From: the human T2T-CHM13v2.0 reference genome, Homo sapiens | DNA length: 64,000 nt | Reading direction: 5' to 3' (one strand) | NCBI RefSeq assembly: GCF_009914755.1 | Contig: NC_060936.1 | In this document: piece by piece, positions 17,574 through 39,524 of the stretch | Layout of the letters: every line of letters starts with the position of its first letter | How positions within the stretch are numbered: position 1 is the first letter of the stretch | Translations under genes and position numbers: made by a program | The notes under the pieces: generated by a model | Told to the model about the DNA's origin: nothing | The model's input: only the letters and a program-made list of their open reading frames with translations | The model's database searches: none

Positions 17574-18197
17574 AACTGATATTATTTTTGTACTATGAAT
17601 ATGGTCTAACTCTCCATTTATGTAGGTCTTTATTTTGCTCAATAGCATCTTTTAATATTTTGCAGGAAAGTCATATACCTTTTAAGTCTTAAAGAATTAT
17701 TCCTAGATTACTTTGATGTTACAGAGCATCAAAATATTTTTTTCACTTTTTGTTGCAGGTATATTTGTTTCTCATTAATTCATATTCTTCCAAGAGTTTA
17801 AGGCAATTTGATTTAAGGAGAAATCATTTCTTAAGAGGATCTTTAAAGTCATATTTGTGAGAGAAGAGAGACAAAGGAAAAATAAGGGTAGTCAAGGTTA
17901 AGTTGAAAGGAGTGAAAAAACTAGAATATGCAGGTGATAAAATCCTAAGAACTTGCTAGATACAGATCAAAAAGTTGGCTCTACATTTTCTAGCCACCCA
18001 CTGTTTTTCTGCTTTAACCAACAAAGTGTTTAACTTTAGAACACAGTAAAAATTAGTCTTCTATGATGTAATGGTTTATGTACAGACAGAAACTACGTTA
18101 AAAACAAAAAAACTATAAAATGTACATAGATTCAATGGCTAAAATTACATCATGAGTTTATGGTGTCAGTTTTTCTCAGCCCATTATTCAGAACTCA

Positions 18198-18668
<471 letters not shown>

Positions 18669-18797
18669 CTAAAGGAAATCTTCTAAACGCCTTTTAAACA
18701 TGTGCTTTGCTCTGTTGCACATGAGCTAGCCCTATCCTTCACCTCTCTCAAGAAAATGCTATTAGACCCGCATTACTTGTCAATTATTTGGAGTTGA

Positions 18798-19167
<370 letters not shown>

Positions 19168-19375
19168 AGAATACACCGTTTACTCTTAATACCCTTAATT
19201 CAGCCCTTTAATTCTTATTAGCCAGTGTTATTAACGCCATTATAGAGCCTTAATGGGGATAAAACCAACAAGAGCTGGAACGAAGGGCAGCAACTACAAT
19301 CCTAAGAGTGAATCACAGGCTACTAGTGTGTAAATTATTTGGTCCCAGGATTTCCCCAAGGTTTAAAGGCACTTA

Positions 19376-20350
<975 letters not shown>

Positions 20351-20359
20351 TCCCTTAAA

Positions 20360-20475
20360 CTTAATTTTTCCATCAGCAGTGTGGATCTGCTTATGATAGT
20401 TCCTACCTCATAAGGCTGTTGTGAGCCTTAAAAATTAAAGCATTTGGCACATAACGCTTCACAAATGCTAACTTG
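20360..20475. mobile_element. MIR fragment upstream of YARS2 promoter
   Basis: cctacctcataaggctgttgtgag MIR core-like. Confidence 0.6.
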
Positions 20476-20952
20476 TATTTACATTTTCACGTAAAAAGAT
20501 TGTGATGCGCAAGTTCTTTGAAGTCTTGGTTCCATGCAAAAAGCTGTTCACAGAGGTTGAGAAAGGTTAGGAATTGGTTTAAGTTCGCGGAGAGATAGGG
20601 AGTTGCTGCTGAGACGCAAGCAATTTCATAGTACCGATTCCCTAATTGCACCTCGTCCCCAGTATTCATCGGCTCTTCCAGGAGGTGGCAGTCTTGTCCA
20701 AGGTATAGCAAGAAAAACTCAGTGCAATAAAGTACATGCATCAAGTCCTGTGGTTTATTTATTTTAAATACAGTTAACTAGGTTGGGACACAGCTTAGCA
20801 TGAGTGGATTCAAGTTAGTAATCACATCGTGCAGCGTGACAGGTGCTCTGAATACTGACCAGGGATGAGGTTCTTATTGGCAGCTGGCTGGCAGGTGATC
20901 TAGCTTCAAAATCCCATGTTAGAGCCTGATTTCTAGGACCGCTTTCAAAATC

Positions 20953-21395
20953 GTCTTAGGTAGAATTCCCTGGACTCTGAGTTGGGGGGGAGACTGGTTT
21001 GCAGGAGGGTAATTGGAGTGTGCTCTTAAGAACAACACCTATAATGGAGTGAGGGAGGCCGGGTTGGGCGGAGGGAGAAAGAAGTTGAACTGTGAACAAT
21101 TTGTAATAGAGGCCTCAGGCAATCCAGTAAGGGCTCTGGAGCCGGGATTTCCTTTCAGAGTCATCCTGAATTGAGGCCAGGGGGCAGACCTTTAGACCCT
21201 CTTACTGACTGCTCATTAAATGTGGGATGTTTCTGGGGAGGAAGCAAAACGCTGGGTTAAGGCTTTTGGAGAGTGAGATGTGCAGGAAGGGACTCAGCTG
21301 TGAGCAATAAGCAACCAACACTCCCAGCAGCTGGGGGATTGAGTGCCTTGGTCCTGTGACTGGGATCTGGGCCATGTTCCAAATCATTCCCTACA
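20953..21395. mobile_element. Old MaLR (MLT1-family) LTR
   Basis: tcttaggtagaattccc...gggctctggagc...caacactcccagcagctggg; related to 42260-42740. Confidence 0.6.
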
Positions 21396-21624
21396 GGACT
21401 TTTCCATTTTTTAACGTTATAAAGTTATCTAACAAAATGAAAACTTATTTTAATAATTAGTTTCTTTGCATGTATAATTATCAGTGAATTAGTTTCTCAT
21501 TGCCAAATAGTAACTTCAATAGGATTTTGAGATACTCATTCAATAGGCTATTAAACATACTCCCAACTGCTTAAGAAAATAGTGTGTTCAAAATATCTTA
21601 AAATTTGCAATCATAACCTGTTGA

Positions 21625-21928
<304 letters not shown>

Positions 21929-22743
21929 AATCTGCAGTCATATGGTCCACCACTTTGATCAGGGACAGATTTCAGTAGGTATGGCAGGAAATTCTCCTGA
22001 GCACACGTAAGGAAACTCACATCTGGGCCACTTGTCACTTGAAAGCCAAAAACCCAAGAGAAGAGCTGTAGTGAAAGTAAAGTTAGCTTTATTCAAGAGA
22101 CCAGCAACCCTGGGGGATGCAGTGAGCTAGCGTTCAAAGACCACCTCTGGTTTTTAAGGGCAATTAAGAGAAAGGATGATAAAAAGATTTTTGTGAAACG
22201 TGTGCAGTCTCAGGTCGGCAGTAAATCATTGCTTTCTTGGTCAATATTTTGTGGCTTTCTGCAGGTACCATCAGCCTATTCTTATTAGGTCGGTCAGCCC
22301 ATTCACAGAGAGGCTGATCTAGGTATTTTCTTTTATCTCTGTTCAAGATCCTGTTTTTCTGAGGCTGATTTTAGTGAATGATCTACAAAATCAAGCAAAG
22401 TAATAATTGTATTCAAGTAAGCAAGCTTTCTTCTAACATGGAATCAGTACTGTCACACACACAGCAAATGGTGCTTTCTATTTAGTACCTTAATACATAG
22501 GGCACACATGTGTTTCTGGTGACACACAACTCTCTGGCTTTTACAGGTGTGTTAGTAATTTGAAAATCCTACTTGTTACAACAGTATGCCAGGGTTACTT
22601 GATGTCAGGGTTACTTGATGACCTGTGCTTAATGGAGAAGAATTTTGTGGATAATGAGAAATAGAAAATTTCTACCTGGGATTACAATTTATTATAAAGT
22701 CTTTTAAAAATAGATTTGAGCTCTGCTTTGTCTCTTAAGTTTA

Positions 22744-23103
<360 letters not shown>

Positions 23104-23943
23104 TCACAGGAGGTGCTAGATGAGACTTGACAGTAGCTTAATGACAGTAACAAGCAACAAGTTTGGAAAATACAGTGAGATCAATTACTCTCTTTTTATA
23201 ATTTGTGTTGGTATTATAGGGGAAATTGGGCTTTGTCCCAAAGACAGGAGCAATAAAGAAGATGGGACTTTCAAACCTTTGGAATTATATCCGTGGCTAA
23301 AATTTTATGGGATTGCACCCATGGTTTGCATTTGGGTTACAAAAAAGTGACCAAGTTAATTCTTGCTGTTTTTATTGGCTTAAAAAGTGAGTGAACAAGG
23401 GTTAAAAAGTATTTTTAAAAATATGATTTATCTCAACTGTAATAACTTGAGGTTAACTGGCCTTGAATTAGAGGCACATGTGTTTTACAGTTACCTTTTC
23501 CTGCAACAAAATGCCACATAAATGTTCTCTTTGAAGGGATCCCTGTTTTAAATGGCTTGGTTTTCAAAATGTAAACAAATATAAATATAATAGAATTCAA
23601 AAGACACAGAGTAAACAGTAATGGTATTTTAACTGATCTCTACTTAACTTTGAAAATTTTTCTATCTCTAGCATTGTATTAAATATATATTCAGATTACA
23701 GCAGAGATCTGATTAGGGCTGAAATATGAGCTGCTCGAACATCACAGCAAAATGACAGCAGAAAGAAGTCTGAGGAATTCTGATCATTATAATCACTATA
23801 AAATATAATTCTTATTTGTGTTTTCTGTTTTTTTTTCCTTGGAGAAGATTATTGGTGACATCAGATGCAAAAGGGAGTGGATAGGAACAAGAAATAGAAA
23901 TTGTAAACCTATAATTGTAAACCTACGTAACCATGCCCGGTTA

Positions 23944-24439
<496 letters not shown>

Positions 24440-25107
24440 TCATAATTACATCTTCTCACACATGACTTTCATGTTGCTGTTTTTCTTGAAACCTACATCT
24501 AAAGTCCTAAAGATCCTCCCACTCTGCCCATCCTTACCTGCAAGGCAGTTGCTCCCCTTTCATTCCAAACTAATTTCTTTCAGGAAGCTCCTCTGCATTA
24601 GGTAGGGCGAAGGAAGGATGCTTTTACTGTCCAGGTTCATCATGCCCCTAAAATGTATTAAAATGTAAAATCAATAATGCTTACCCTTCCCACACAAAAA
24701 AATGGAAAGACCATTAAGTTCTATTAAAATTTATAGAAATTTATGTGAGCTAAGTGTCTTGAAACCTAGTCTGTGTCCCTTGATTGAAGTGGCTTTAATG
24801 CTTTTTGAGCTGATGGTCATATTAACATCCAAAAATTTTTTATAAGAGATTAGCTTATTTTAAGATGCTGATTGTAGGAGGATAATTAGACAAAGAAACA
24901 TGTTACTAGATATGCATTTCCTTTCTATATTAGAGTTTAGAGAAGGATACCCCAAGTTTCTTTCTTTCTTTCTTTTAGGCTGCTGTTGTAGCCAGTGGAA
25001 TAACCTGGAGGTCTCAGCATTGCCTTAACTTTATGCACCTGGTCCCATACCATATGGCTGGATAATGTTTTGAGATATTTATGGGTTTAAAAATCTTTCA
25101 TTTTCCA

Positions 25108-25432
<325 letters not shown>

Positions 25433-27245
25433 TTAACTGTCCATTTGTAGCAAGTTCTGTGTGTCAGTGCCTTGGGGAAAGTACAAGTCGGGGAGGAATA
25501 CAGAGTCATCCTGGAACTCTTTGTAACTTTTGTTTCCAAAAGTCAAAAGCCTAAGATAGGATGAAGTTTAAGGAAATAAGCTTAGAGAAGAGAAAGAGGT
25601 AGGATTCTCCAGCTTAAAGAGAGTGCCCCTGCCCCAAACCTGGGCAAGGGAGCCCTGGCTATGGCCCTGGTTTGCCAGAGGAGCTGTGCATTGCTCCCTG
25701 GCCTCAAAGGGACGACCTCCTGCTACACTTCCAGCCTGGGGCTCCTGGCTTTGCCTAAGGTTCCTCTGCTTCATTTGAGGCAGGAGAGCCCCTGAGTGCC
25801 AGCTGGAGGTCTCAGAGAACCACTGAAGGCTTGGCCAACAAGGATGGCTAGAATGATCAGAACCAATTGGAAATTAGAGATATTATTTCCTGGGGCACGT
25901 TGATCAAATTTTGGTAAAACCCTAGAAGCGGGAAGGAGGCTAATAATGATGGAGAAACAATTTCCTACCATTCTAGTGGGTTAAGGACATAGATGTTTGC
26001 TTATTCATTTAACAGATATTTATTAGAATTATTTGATCAGTCAGGCACTGTTCTAATGGCTTAGGATATATTCATGGATGAAAGAAAGATTCCTGTCCTC
26101 ATGGAGATAATATTATTCTATGAAGTTATTTTTCTCTGAGCAGTTTTATTCTTCACTTCCTCTTTCTTCATTTCCTCTTTCTGATTGGGCTCCTTTTCCA
26201 CGCCCAATTTTTGGAGCAGAGAGAGAGTGACTCCTAGGTAGCTGTTGAAGAACATGCAGATTAGGAGGGGGCTGTGGGAGAGAAACATTTGTTGAGAATA
26301 TGACCAAGGGAAAGACATCCCTTGTAGGAGGGTGGTGATTGAGGTGTAGAGTAGAATTCAAACAGCTTTTCCCCTTTCAATATGTAATTGTGTCTCCCTT
26401 CACTCCTGCTGCAGTGAATTTTTCTCCTCGCAGAACCCTTTCCCCAACATCCACCCCTTCTGCTCTGAGCTTGGTGATAGCCGCCGCAGTCCCCTACCAG
26501 CATGTTCTTTCCCAGGCCATGTTGTCGGGACTGTAATTCAGCCATGACTGGCAAGCAACGAATCCGCCTGGCTGTTTGCTAATGTGATGAGAAAAGCAGG
26601 CTTCCCTCTTAGAAAGAGGATCTTGGAGACACTATTGTGATTGCATCTGAAAAGCTTAGATCAAATGGATAATGTCTTCAGTGAAGATCATTTTGGAATT
26701 TTCCTATTTATCAAGTTACCTTAGTAATTTTCTGGTCTCTCTGACAGAGTAGAAGTGAATCAATCAACTCATCATTGTCCCTCCATCAAGGCCAAGTGAA
26801 TTTATATCTCCATTGGAGAAGAAACAAAACAATAAGCAATCATTCTATGTTTTGTAGAGCAATTCTATTTTGATTAAAACTATTTTTGTCTTTTTTTCTC
26901 AGTGTCTTCAATACGGACTTTATGTTTTTCTGTTATAAGCACTGACTGGTTAGTTACCAAAATGAGAAATAAGTCTGGAAACATCTCACTCATTAATGTT
27001 CTGTAACATCATAAGGGGAACAAATACCTTGTATTTACATAATGTTTGCAGAAAAGTCAAATATTACTTCCTTCATCCTCACAACCATAACAAAATGTGC
27101 TTCTGAGTCGTGGTCCAAAGACCATGGGACTAGGAGTCACAGACATGAGTAGCTATCTCAGCTTAACCTTGACTACCTGTTCCTCCTTAGATAAGTCATT
27201 TAACACACTAGCCTTGGTGTCCTCATTTTAGAAGTAAATGGGCTG

Positions 27246-27585
<340 letters not shown>

Positions 27586-27721
27586 CTAAAATCTCATTCA
27601 CCTCTACAATTCTGAAATGCCTGTTTGCTATCACAGTAGTCAAAAGTCCCATTTATTGTTTCTCAGCTTTAACTTCATTATTTAAGCCACCACACCAGGG
27701 AGGAGGTTAAAAATGTATTCA

Positions 27722-28405
<684 letters not shown>

Positions 28406-29048
28406 TTATTAGAGGGAAACTGTATTATGACAAGTTTTGAAAAATTAAGATTGAAGATTTAGAAAGTGATAGTTGACCAATGAAACATATATCATATTTG
28501 CAGAAAGATCCAGTGAAAATCCAAGCAGCTTTGCTCAGATCCAAACAGTTTCAATTGCCATTGATCTCATTCAAAGCTGCCCGTGGGTGGGAGACCGACC
28601 TGGAAGGGTGTCACTAACAGAGATAGCAAATGAAAACAACTCCTCTGTATTCTCATAGCTATTTTTTTCTAAAACCAAAGGAAATCTTAGACACCCATGC
28701 CCCTTCCCATTGTATGTCTCACGTAACTCTTCTCCAAGCACAGTTTAAGGAGGTTCAGGGGAGTGGCAATCAGGGACACAATGGTGTCAGATGGTGACCA
28801 AATATCTAGCACATAGCACCAACTGAGACACCTTTCCAATGGACTTGTAACATGATGTCACACTATATATTTGAGAAAGCTTCCAGTAAATAGGTGAATG
28901 TAGCCCTGGTTTATATGCCTCTTGTCTCAGCCTAATTATTTATATGACCCCTTTTATTCTCGAAAATGTCCTGTTTTGGGAATAAATTTTACAGACATTC
29001 TATCTAACATTTCTACTCTGGAAAACAAGTTAATTTTAAAAATGGGTA

Positions 29049-29347
29049 TTTTTGAAACAGGGTCTTGCAATGTCCAGCCTGGAGGGCTGTGGCATGATCA
29101 CGGCTCACTGCAGCCTCGACCTCCCAGGCTCAAGTGCTCCTCCCACTTCGGCCTGCTGAGTAGCTGAGAGCACAGGCATGTGCCACCACGCCTGGCTAAT
29201 TTTTTTTTTAATTTATTTTTTGTAGAGACAGGGTCTCACTACATTACCCAGGCTGTTCTCAAACTCCTGACCTTAAATAATCTTCCCTCCTTGGCCTCCC
29301 AAAGTGCTGGGATTACAGGCACTGTGAGTGAGCCACTGTGCCTGGCC
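29049..29347 (-). mobile_element. AluJ-type
   Basis: diverged dimer. Confidence 0.92.
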
Positions 29348-29394
29348 TAAAAAAAATTTTGAGTTAAAGATTTTTAATGTTTTGTGTAAGATTC

Positions 29395-30816
<1,422 letters not shown>

Positions 30817-31746
30817 TAAATGAATAAGCAAATCACACATACACACAAATCCCAATGGCCAATATAATACAGAAAATATTCAGGCTCATAAGTATTCAAA
30901 GAATTGTGGTTTAAAGGCACATTTTCCTCATGTAAAATGTTTTGGTGTTTGAAGTGACACCAAAGTTTGGTAACAACAACTAATAATAGCAACAAACACT
31001 AGTGAATTCTATGTGTGCTGAGCATTGCATTAAATGCTTTACATGCATTATTTTACTGAATTCTTACAAAAATTCAGAAAGCAATTATTTTTATCTAGCT
31101 CACAGATGAAGAGACTTACTAATAGTTGAATCCAGATATTTCTGACAGCAAAGGACATCATCTTGGCCACTCTGCACAAGATCTTTATGTAGTTTTTCAT
31201 TCAAGAGGTATTTATTATGTTTTGGACCTATATTAGGCTCTGCGAATTTCACTGATAAGAAGACATATGACTCTTGTCCTTGTAGAGCTTATAGCTTAGC
31301 AAGAGCTTACAGATGGTACTGGTATTGCTGCTCAGGTTTGCTGTGAGATGAGCACATCAGGCTGTCTTAGTCTGATACTATTCATGCTAGTTAGATTGGA
31401 TTGACATTTATTCCTAACTCCTTCTATGTGCTTTTCTGTGCTGCAGGTCCTAGAAAGCTGAAAGCTCCATTTCCTAGATCCCCTTGCAGGTAGGGTTCTA
31501 AACATGAATGGGTTCCTTGAATTAGATATACTCTTGAGAAATTGGTGAGGCGGAGGTCATCCTTCTGACATTGTTTCTCCTGGGAAGCAAGTCGTGGGAA
31601 TGTATCAGGAAGTGAAAGAGGTAACTCAGTGTTCTTGCATCTAGTGTCCAGCTTCGTGGGTTTTGAGAGGCAGTTATGGAAGTAGGAGAAGCAGCTACCA
31701 CTTCCTATCCCAGCTTTATGATCTCCTAGTCACTGGGACACGGTAG

Positions 31747-32090
<344 letters not shown>

Positions 32091-32684
32091 CATGATTCCT
32101 TCTTGATTGCTCCTTAAATACCTGGGGTTGTTTCTTCCTGTGCTGAATCTTGACTGATCTACCAATTCTCATTTGATTCATTTCACTCTCCTGGTTCTGA
32201 TTCCATGTTCCCCAAATAGCCATCTGATTATGATTTGAAAGGCAATATTGTGTAACGGATAAGTATATAAGCTTTGGAATCAGATTTGGGATCAAATCCT
32301 CTACAATGATCATGGGCAAGTCAACTATGAATAGTGATTCTAATGCACTTTACAGGGTTGTCATGAAGATTAAATGCCACCTTATATAATAAGTACCTGG
32401 TACACAATGAAATTGATAAATCGCAGTTGTGTTATTCCTATTGTTATTACTAATGTGTGTCTGACTTTAACACGCTCTTTAGAGTTAAAGCAGAGGGCAG
32501 ATCCCTACGACTTAATTAAAGACATCACCGCTACTATGTATTCATAAGATAACTTATTGTAATTAAAAATCATCTAAATTTTAGAACACCTTTTTCACAA
32601 CACATATAATGACATTTACATGTATGACAAACACATGAACTAAGGGTATAACCCATGGTTTTATCTTCCATTCCAGAAAGCATG

Positions 32685-33118
32685 TGCCTTAGTCCCTTTC
32701 TGTTGGTTATAACAGAACACCTGAAACTCAGTAATTTATAAAGAAAAGAAGTTTATTTCTTACACTTGCAGAGACTGAGATGTGTAAGGGCAAGAGGCCA
32801 CATATAGTGAAGGTCTTCTTGTTGGTGGGGACTCTCTACAGAGTCCCGAGGCAGCACAGGGCATTGCGTGGCCAGGGTACTGAGTATGCTAACGTGCTAG
32901 CTCAGATCTTTCTTCCTCTGCTTATAAAGCCACCAGTTCCCTTCCCAGGATAACCCATTAATCTATGACTAATCCATTCATGAAGGCTGAGCCCTCATGA
33001 TCCAATCACCTGTTAAAGGCCACACCTCCACACCTGTTAAAGGCCACACCTCTCAATACTGCAACATTGGGGGTTAAATTGCACCATGAGTTTTGGAGGT
33101 GATGTTCAATCCATAGCA
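32685..33118. mobile_element. MST-family MaLR solo LTR
   Basis: TG...CA ends, 5-bp TSD GCATG. Confidence 0.85.
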
Positions 33119-35672
33119 GCATGTTAGAATTCACATGAGTAAGAATGAAATTGTTATTGCAATATATTCAGGTATGTATATGTATTTATGTATGTTTTGT
33201 TATTTATGCTGTTATTTGTTAAAGCAAACGATTCACACATTTTATATATGACCATTTTACAGGTGCCTCGACCAATGAGAACATTTCCTCAACATTCCTG
33301 ATTGCTGCTGTCTGTTTTTTATGTTATTACAACTGTTGTTCACCGATTGGCTTCCCTTTACAGATGCTGCAGACTGGAAAGCTCAGATGATGAGCTAACC
33401 TTATTTTATTCTCTTCTCGCTGTGATCAAAGTCCTGAAAAGCCTGTTATTGAATGTCTAAAAACAGTTGTTTCATGTATCTTATTTTTTCAGTTGTTTAT
33501 AGTGGAAAGACAAGTCTAGTAAACCAGTTACTCCATCCTGGTGGAAGTAAATGTGTCTCCATAAATATTTTTGGTCGAATGAATGATAAAATGCCAAAGA
33601 ACCCTTAGAACTTTATCCCTGTTTTCTGCCAAACTTCATTTGTGGTCTTTTAGAGATTAAAGATACTTTTCCTTTAGGGCTAAAATTTCAATTATAGCTC
33701 CTGTCCCTTTGATCTTTTCTCTGCAGTGCCTAAATCCCAAATCGCCACCAGGGTGGTATTCAGCTGCTTAGTGTAGAAAAAAAGCTACTGTTACATGGAT
33801 TTTTTTTTAGGACATAAATATGTATAGTTTACTAAATTACAATAAAACCAGAGAATTTTATCTGGCTTAGAGTCTGTCCCGAGCTTCCTAAAATGTCTAG
33901 TGTCTTATTCTCTTACAGTCCTCTTCCTTCATTCCACTAATCCTGGACACCAAAGAAACAAATGTCTTCCCATCTGTTTTCTCTAATTCTCAGCCTGGAG
34001 CACTGGTCCAGTGACCTCCAAACCTTTTTTCATCATGTACCCTTATCAATAAAGAAAGTTTGAAAAGCCAATATTTCAATGTACACATGTATTAAACATA
34101 TCCTACTGAAAGAATATGTATTATGTACATAATAAAACATCCACAAAGTGAACCGAAAATATAAAATTAAAAATTCTAATTTTTCCATCTTGTATCCCAG
34201 TGGATAAATTTGCACCCTCTAAGGGATGCTCACACCCCATTTTAAGATGAATGCCTTGCAATGCAGAACAAAGTGCAAATGAGCCAACCCCCTGCAGTGC
34301 TAAATCTCCCTTGGCTCCCCTCTTGGTAATATTTTAAAACTAGACTTTAATGGTTTTTTTAGTTTCTTAATGTCCACACATAATCCTTCTTACTTCAGAT
34401 CCCAGCTAACTTAATCCTTGATTTTTCTTGTTCTCTTTGGATTTCCATCATATTTCTTTCCTTTTGCTCTCCCTTATTTGTGGTCTTGTTTTCTCCCGGG
34501 CAATCTATTTCCCATGATAGTTTAACATGTAAGAACAGATGCATTCATGCTGACTTTACAAGATAGTGTTCTTGGCAATATTGAAATGATACACAAAAAA
34601 ACAAGGAGGGAGTGATTTCTTTCAGAGTCCACTTGGATTCTGCCCAAGATGGAAAGGACCTGGAAGCTATTCAAATTAAGTTGCTAATTGGGTGGAAAAC
34701 TGGAAAGTAAATTGGGACTTCCCACATGCAAAAATACATAAAAGAGATGTGAATAGAAATAAAACCTGTACTACTTTTCATTATAAAAATGACTCTTTAA
34801 TACATAGTAAGAGCTGTGATTTTAGCCATTTGACCATCAGATCCTGGGATTAATATCAAAAGCCTATGAGACAAATATGAGGCATTTAAAGACAGGTCCA
34901 GTTTTCTTTCAGAAGACAACCACTGTTACCAGCTTCTTTTGCATCTTTTGAAATATATCATACATAAGACTAATAATAACATCCCACATAGACACTTCTG
35001 CATCTTTCTCTTTTCCATTTAACATATCTTGGCAAAGTTTCCAACCAGTACAGGAAGAACACCTGCATTCTTTTTAATAATCTCATAAAAAGCTGTAACT
35101 TTATTTATTTAACCAATACTATTGATAATCAATAGCACTAGTCTTTAGCTGTTACAAACAATGCTGTTTGAATACTCCTGCGTACGCCAGTGTGCATAGG
35201 TACTAATGCACCTGTAGTATTAATTCCTAAAAATTCCACTGCTGATCAAAGCATATGTGATTTTTTTACTTTTAATAGGTAATAGCAATTATTGCCAGCA
35301 ATAAATGAGACTGAGCAATGTGTCCTTTACAATGCCAGGCATAATGCTTTATTGGTAGAGAGAGCTCACATATTCATATATTGACCCAATTAACTGTTGT
35401 AACAGTCAAATATAGGAAGAAAGGTGAAAGATATGGTTAGTATGTAATCTTTAACACAAAACATGACGATTATTCTCAATAATAAATTCAAAAGCAACTC
35501 ATGTTAGATAAATGAGTTTCTGGGTTTATCACTTCCTTGTCCTAAGTTGGGCACAGAGAGATAACCCAGAGGTAAGCCCTGCTTCTAAACTCCACCCTAA
35601 GCCTATAAACTCCGCATCATACATCTGCAGTGGCTCTGACTTCAAAAAACGTTTGCTTTAAGAAACAAGGGT

Positions 35673-36267
<595 letters not shown>

Positions 36268-36270
<3 letters not shown>

Positions 36271-36412
36271 AAAAGGAAGGAAGGAAGGAAGAAGGAAGGA
36301 AGGAAGGAGAGAGGAAGGGACGGAAGGAGGGAGGGAGGGAGGGGAAAGGGAAAGAGAAAGGAAAGAAACAGGAAGGAAAGGAAAGAAAGGAAGAAAGAAA
36401 GAGAGGGAGATA
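36268..36412. repeat. Polypurine (GGAA/GAAA/GGGA)n tract
   Basis: almost pure purine, derived from an Alu tail. Confidence 0.95.
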
Positions 36413-38544
36413 AAGGAATCAAGAGTAGTAATGTTATATTTTATAAACCAAAAAGCAAGAATAAATTATTTTCACAGAACTGTTTGTTCTTATGAGGAAC
36501 AAAACTTGCTTTTTCAGCCTTGGAAGCCTGAGGCACGAGAATCGCTTGAACCCAGCAGGTAAAGTTTGCAGAAAACAAAACAAAACAAAACACCATCAAC
36601 AACAAAAAAAACTTGCTTTTTTCTTCCAGGTGTGCTTCTTTGGATAAAAAGATACTATTGTTAATGCCTCAATTGAAGGTAGTCTACTGAGTAGAGGATA
36701 TTATTCAGCATTATCTCTGGTGGAAAGCATTTAGGGTATAAATGAAATCCTATTGGCAGGAAAAGATGACATCAAGAAGCCTAGAGTTTGAATTGAAAAC
36801 ATATAAAGGCTAAGGAATGGACAGTGGATGCAACTGTTGGTCAAGACCACTGGGGCCTGGAATTGGGATTTGCATAAATATACCCAAAAGCCAGCACACC
36901 AATGGGGGAACCATTTGGGGAAGGGCAGAGATCATTATTAATATCATCTCTCTTTATGGTTATATCAGTTCTGTTAGAACTTTGAAGTCTCTGCAGCAGG
37001 CCAACTCTTTGCCCTGTAACACGACACAGAGCCTTGCTTTGCTTTGAGAGCTAAACACGCTGCCTCGATGGTATTCATCCACATATCAAATGCAACTTAA
37101 AGCAAGAACAGAGGACAACAATGCCCTGTCCTGAGATAATGAGCCAGTTCTGTGTTCCTGCTCTGTGGATACCCTTTTCTTTTAAAGATTCTGTGATGCT
37201 AATCCCAATCCAAACAGGTCTACACTCAGTTCTACTCTTGTTTTTCATAGTTGGTATAAGCCTTGAATCCAGCCTTGATCTTGTACTGCCTGATAATGCT
37301 TCCCCTCAGTTGAGGTCGTTGCATGCTGACCTCTTAGCCAAGATCTTGTTGCTAGGGGCTTTAATTCTTCACTTTGACCTTCTTACCCAGGGTTTGAATT
37401 TTGTGGGGATTCTCAGGTGACTGTTAGCTCAACACTTGCATTTTGATCTCTGCGCTGCTGGTGAAAGTCCTGCTAACCACATGTCTCCTTTCTCTGAGAG
37501 CTGGTCCATGCCAACCCTTGAAGCCCTTGTCCTGCTCTGCAGCTTGACTGGCCTGAGAGGGTTCGGATGAGAGTCCCTCTGAATCGGGGGAGCTGTATAG
37601 TGCGGGTAAGAAATGGGCTTTGGAGTAAAATAGAGGTGATCTTGAATCTCAGCTCCATTTTTCTCTGGCTGTGACTTTCAGCAAGTTATTTAGCCATTTT
37701 GAGTTTCAGCTTCATCATCTAAAATATGATGACAATAATGTCTACTTTATGAGGCTGTCAACAAGAAACATATCATGTGTAACATTTTTGGCAAAGGCGG
37801 ACACACCTTCTGTCCTTTATTATTTATTGTAGCTCTGTCCTGAAACCACTTTTAACCTGAGCTGCTTTTCTTCTCTAATCAGTGAGGACTGTAGTGGTCT
37901 TGATGACTTGTATGTCCTCAAAGAGATGAAGGGGAAGCATTCCTTTTTCTTCTCTTCCCATATGAGAGGTGTGTGGACTCTTCCTCTTCATGATGCTGAG
38001 TAAAAAGGTGGACACGTTTTTAAACTCCTGGTTAGGGAATGGCCCAGTCAATCCTCTCAGTAGACAAGAGGGAAGGACTCCTATGGGATGTTCTGGTCTC
38101 AGCTCTCCTCCTAACAACGACCTTTAACTTAGGGCCCTGCTGGCTGTGAAAATGCAGACTTTCGGCAGACAGCCCAGCAAAAAGCTCACACACCCATATT
38201 TCTTATCATTCGCTTTGGATTTTATAGCAGTGTAAGAGGAAGCAGATTAGAAACTGCTCTTTCATAACGAATATACCTACATTTAAAAGGCAATAAATGT
38301 TAGTTAAAGACCAAGAAAACTAGATACAAGGAAATGAGGATATTTTGTGGAAACGGCCATAAGGAAAAGTAGTGAGTGCATTTGCAAGCAGTGTCAAGCA
38401 ATCACAAAAGGAATTTTCTTGTTCTGCACCCAAGAGAGATTCAAAACTGTTTGTTATTATTCTTTTGCAAAAAGCTTTTAGGTCTGAAGACCATTATTAA
38501 GTTTGCCTTCTGCCACTTCTTCTTACTAAGCTTAATAATTCTAG

Positions 38545-39166
<622 letters not shown>

Positions 39167-39195
39167 GATCCTAGTTTTTAAAAAGTTTTTAGATG

Positions 39196-39524
<329 letters not shown>

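Noticed and set aside
22034-22455. Possible ERV1-class LTR; also faint MLT/LTR33/L2/MIR relics near 26000, 31000-32450, 40850, 49610, 51400
   Set aside because: Resemblance only; family and boundaries cannot be fixed by eye
26118-26554. Cluster of overlapping short ORFs in unique sequence
   Set aside because: No homology, no consistent splice structure
33743-33758. CTCF-like ccaccagggtgg
   Set aside because: Departs from the core consensus at key positions; a single motif is not evidence
34714-34723. NF-kB consensus GGGACTTCCC (also a full CRE TGACGTCA at 3269-3276)
   Set aside because: Isolated motifs are expected by chance in 64 kb
37240-37475. Coding-looking stretch on - (…RQYKIKAGFKAYTNYEKQE), possible decayed pseudogene
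   Set aside because: Stops in the frames examined, no recognisable parent, tail or TSD; a tblastx search would be needed
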